Source: Fidelibacterota bacterium | Lineage (GTDB): Bacteria; Fidelibacterota; UBA2242 | Length of the DNA: 64,000 nt | Reading direction: 5' to 3' | Assembly: GCA_049975265.1 (NCBI GenBank) | Contig: JBNGDF010000008.1 | Location: 1-64,000, forward strand | Part shown: positions 62,143 through 64,000 of the stretch, piece by piece | How positions within the stretch are numbered: position 1 is the first letter of the stretch | How the letters are laid out: the number at the start of each line of letters is the position of its first letter | Made by a program: the position numbers and the translations under genes | The notes under the pieces: generated by a model | What the model saw: the letters and a program-made list of their open reading frames with translations, nothing else | Databases searched by the model: none | Told to the model about the DNA's origin: nothing

Positions 62143-64000
62143 ATGAAGAAAAGTGCGATTTTTGGCGTAATCTGCATCGTATTCGCCTTGCTGGCTTTTA
62201 TACCTTTGAAAGCCCAGTGGCAGGTATACGATGGCAGTGTATTGCCGGCTGAGACCGGCAGCAGCGGCACTCTGGATATATCGAGTGTCAGCGATGACTC
62301 ACCCGGTCTTGACATGGTACAGGAAATTATTGATGATCCCGATATTCCGGGTAACAAAATTTTCAAGTACCTGCAGCCCAACGGCAAGACGAATTTCCGG
62401 CATTACTTTAGTGACACATATGCGGACTCGGCTTTTACGATTGTCGCCAGAGTAAAGGGAGATACGGCTTCGGTATTTGATCGTGCCTTTGATTTTGAAT
62501 GGCGCAACGGCAATGCCGGTACCCGGGATAAACTGCTGCTCTGGACCCAGGATAATCTGCTGGAGTTGGATAATAACGGTGCCAAGATTGATCCGGGAGT
62601 CAGTATTTCCGATTGGCATACTTATCGGATTACCGTGTTTGGAGATACGGCGACGATCTTCATTGATGAGAATCCGGTGCCGGTTCACAAAGCCGGTACG
62701 AGCAACTCCACTTCGGACAAATATTTCAAGATGGGCGACGGTTCCGGCGATGCCATCGGTGGCTATATGGACTGGTGTGCGCTGGATACTTCTGGGGCTT
62801 ATGCACCCGGTGAGGGTACACCTATTCCGGCGGAACTGTATGTTGATGGTACCCCGATCCCACCTTCTTGGAAGGTATACGACGGAAGTGTGCTACCAGG
62901 CGAAACAACCGGTGAGGGCGATAATCTGGATATATCGAGTGTCAGCGATGACTCACCCGGTCTTGACATGGTACAGGAAATTATTGATGATCCCGATATT
63001 CCGGGTAACAAAATTTTCAAGTACCTGCAGCCCAACGGCAAGACGAATTTCCGGCATTACTTTAGTGACACATATGCGGACTCGGCTTTTACGATTGTCG
63101 CCAGAGTAAAGGGAGATACGGCTTCGGTATTTGATCGTGCCTTTGATTTTGAATGGCGCAACGGCAATGCCGGTACCCGGGATAAACTGCTGCTCTGGAC
63201 CCAGGATAATCTGCTGGAGTTGGATAATAACGGTGCCAAGATTGATCCGGGAGTCAGTATTTCCGATTGGCATACTTATCGGATTACCGTGTTTGGAGAT
63301 ACGGCGACGATCTTCATTGATGAGAATCCGGTGCCGGTTCACAAAGCCGGTACGAGCAACTCCACTTCGGACAAATATTTCAAGATGGGCGACGGTTCCA
63401 GTGATGCCATTGGTGGCTATATGGATTGGTGTATCCTCGATGTGACCGGTGCTTATGCGCCCGGCGAAGGCGCGCCGATTCCGGCGTATCTCTACGTTGA
63501 TGGCGGACCGCCGCCGGCAAAATGGCTGGTCTATGATGCCGGTGTATTGCCCACTGAGACCGCAGATGCCGGTGGTGACACGCTGGATATATCGGATATC
63601 AGCGATGATTATCCGGGAACCGGCATGGTGGCGGAGATTATTAACGATCCGGATATTAGCGGGAACAAGTTATTCAAGTACCTGCAGCCGGATGGCAGAC
63701 TGACTTTCCGCCACTATTTTGATGAAAGTTATGAAGATTCGAACTTCACCATTGTAACCCGGATTAAGGGTGAAAACGATGCCGCTTATGACCGCGCCTT
63801 TGATATCCGCTGGGACAACGCCAATGCCGGCACCCGCGATGAATTGCGTATCTGGCCGGCGGACAGTACTCTGGAGCTGGAAAAAGCGGATGTTTCCATT
63901 AAACTGGACGTGGATTTTTATGTCTGGCACACTTTCCGAATAGTGGTCAATGGTGATCTTGCCGAAGTCTATCTGGATGAAAATCCGGAGCCGGTTATCA
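62143..64000 (+). CDS. Large secreted protein with at least three tandem ~218-aa beta-sandwich-like repeats; runs off the window
   Basis: Not in the ORF track. AGGAGG precedes ATG 62143: MKKSAIFGVICIVFALLAFIPLKA-QWQVYDGSVLP...DWHTYRITVFGDTATIFIDENP...; repeats begin W.VYD at ~62218, ~62869 and ~63523; no stop to 64000. Confidence 0.85.
   Translation, partial: MKKSAIFGVICIVFALLAFIPLKAQWQVYDGSVLPAETGSSGTLDISSVSDDSPGLDMVQEIIDDPDIPGNKIFKYLQPNGKTNFRHYFSDTYADSAFTIVARVKGDTASVFDRAFDFEWRNGNAGTRDKLLLWTQDNLLELDNNGAKIDPGVSISDWHTYRITVFGDTATIFIDENPVPVHKAGTSNSTSDKYFKMGDGSGDAIGGYMDWCALDTSGAYAPGEGTPIPAELYVDGTPIPPSWKVYDGSVLPGETTGEGDNLDISSVSDDSPGLDMVQEIIDDPDIPGNKIFKYLQPNGKTNFRHYFSDTYADSAFTIVARVKGDTASVFDRAFDFEWRNGNAGTRDKLLLWTQDNLLELDNNGAKIDPGVSISDWHTYRITVFGDTATIFIDENPVPVHKAGTSNSTSDKYFKMGDGSSDAIGGYMDWCILDVTGAYAPGEGAPIPAYLYVDGGPPPAKWLVYDAGVLPTETADAGGDTLDISDISDDYPGTGMVAEIINDPDISGNKLFKYLQPDGRLTFRHYFDESYEDSNFTIVTRIKGENDAAYDRAFDIRWDNANAGTRDELRIWPADSTLELEKADVSIKLDVDFYVWHTFRIVVNGDLAEVYLDENPEPVI
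62271..63399 (+). repeat. Two apparently identical 475-bp direct repeats, 654-bp period (62271-62745 and 62925-63399)
   Basis: Both start tctggatatatcgagt and end gacggttcc; the shadow ORFs 62299..62688 and 62953..63342 translate identically. Confidence 0.9.

Noticed and set aside
62271..63399. Direct repeats as IS/transposon ends, DGR template/variable repeats or CRISPR
   Set aside because: They are in-frame coding repeats; no transposase, reverse transcriptase, adenine-specific mismatches or spacer structure
62231..63930. Multiple short duplicated ORFs in the track
   Set aside because: Alternative-frame shadows of the single repeat gene starting at 62143

Overview
This is a bacterial chromosomal window. 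It is most likely from a diderm, probably anaerobic FCB-group organism outside Bacteroidota (e.g. Marinisomatota/KSB1/Calditrichota-like). That is an inference from Shine-Dalgarno use, TTGACA-type promoters, YPNPFN-type C-terminal sorting domains and a PorV-like gene. From left to right: (1) an AT-richer defence locus with a PLD-SNF2 helicase, a frameshifted AlbA_2/HATPase/HTH gene and a truncated type IIG-like R-M gene; (2) lptG-like, nhaC and a complete trp operon with a TrpF-TrpB fusion and a WWW leader-peptide attenuator; (3) peptidases, a secreted pectate lyase and housekeeping genes; (4) a long co-oriented energy cluster: ArsR, SQR, TusE/DsrC, DsrE2, nqrABCDEF, CBS protein, an unannotated nqrM-like ORF, etfBA and a lactate/glycolate dehydrogenase; (5) a corrinoid protein and MtaA-like methyltransferase opposite an AraC regulator; (6) a pectin/hexuronate utilisation locus. 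The last locus holds GntR, eda, kdgK, uxaE, an HTCS, secreted beta-helix proteins, a TonB receptor, a CTD protein, a PorV-like barrel, GH105, GH43 and a secreted protein of ~218-aa tandem repeats, but no SusD. No rRNA, tRNA, CRISPR array or transposase was recognised. All family calls come from motif recognition by eye; no database searches were run.
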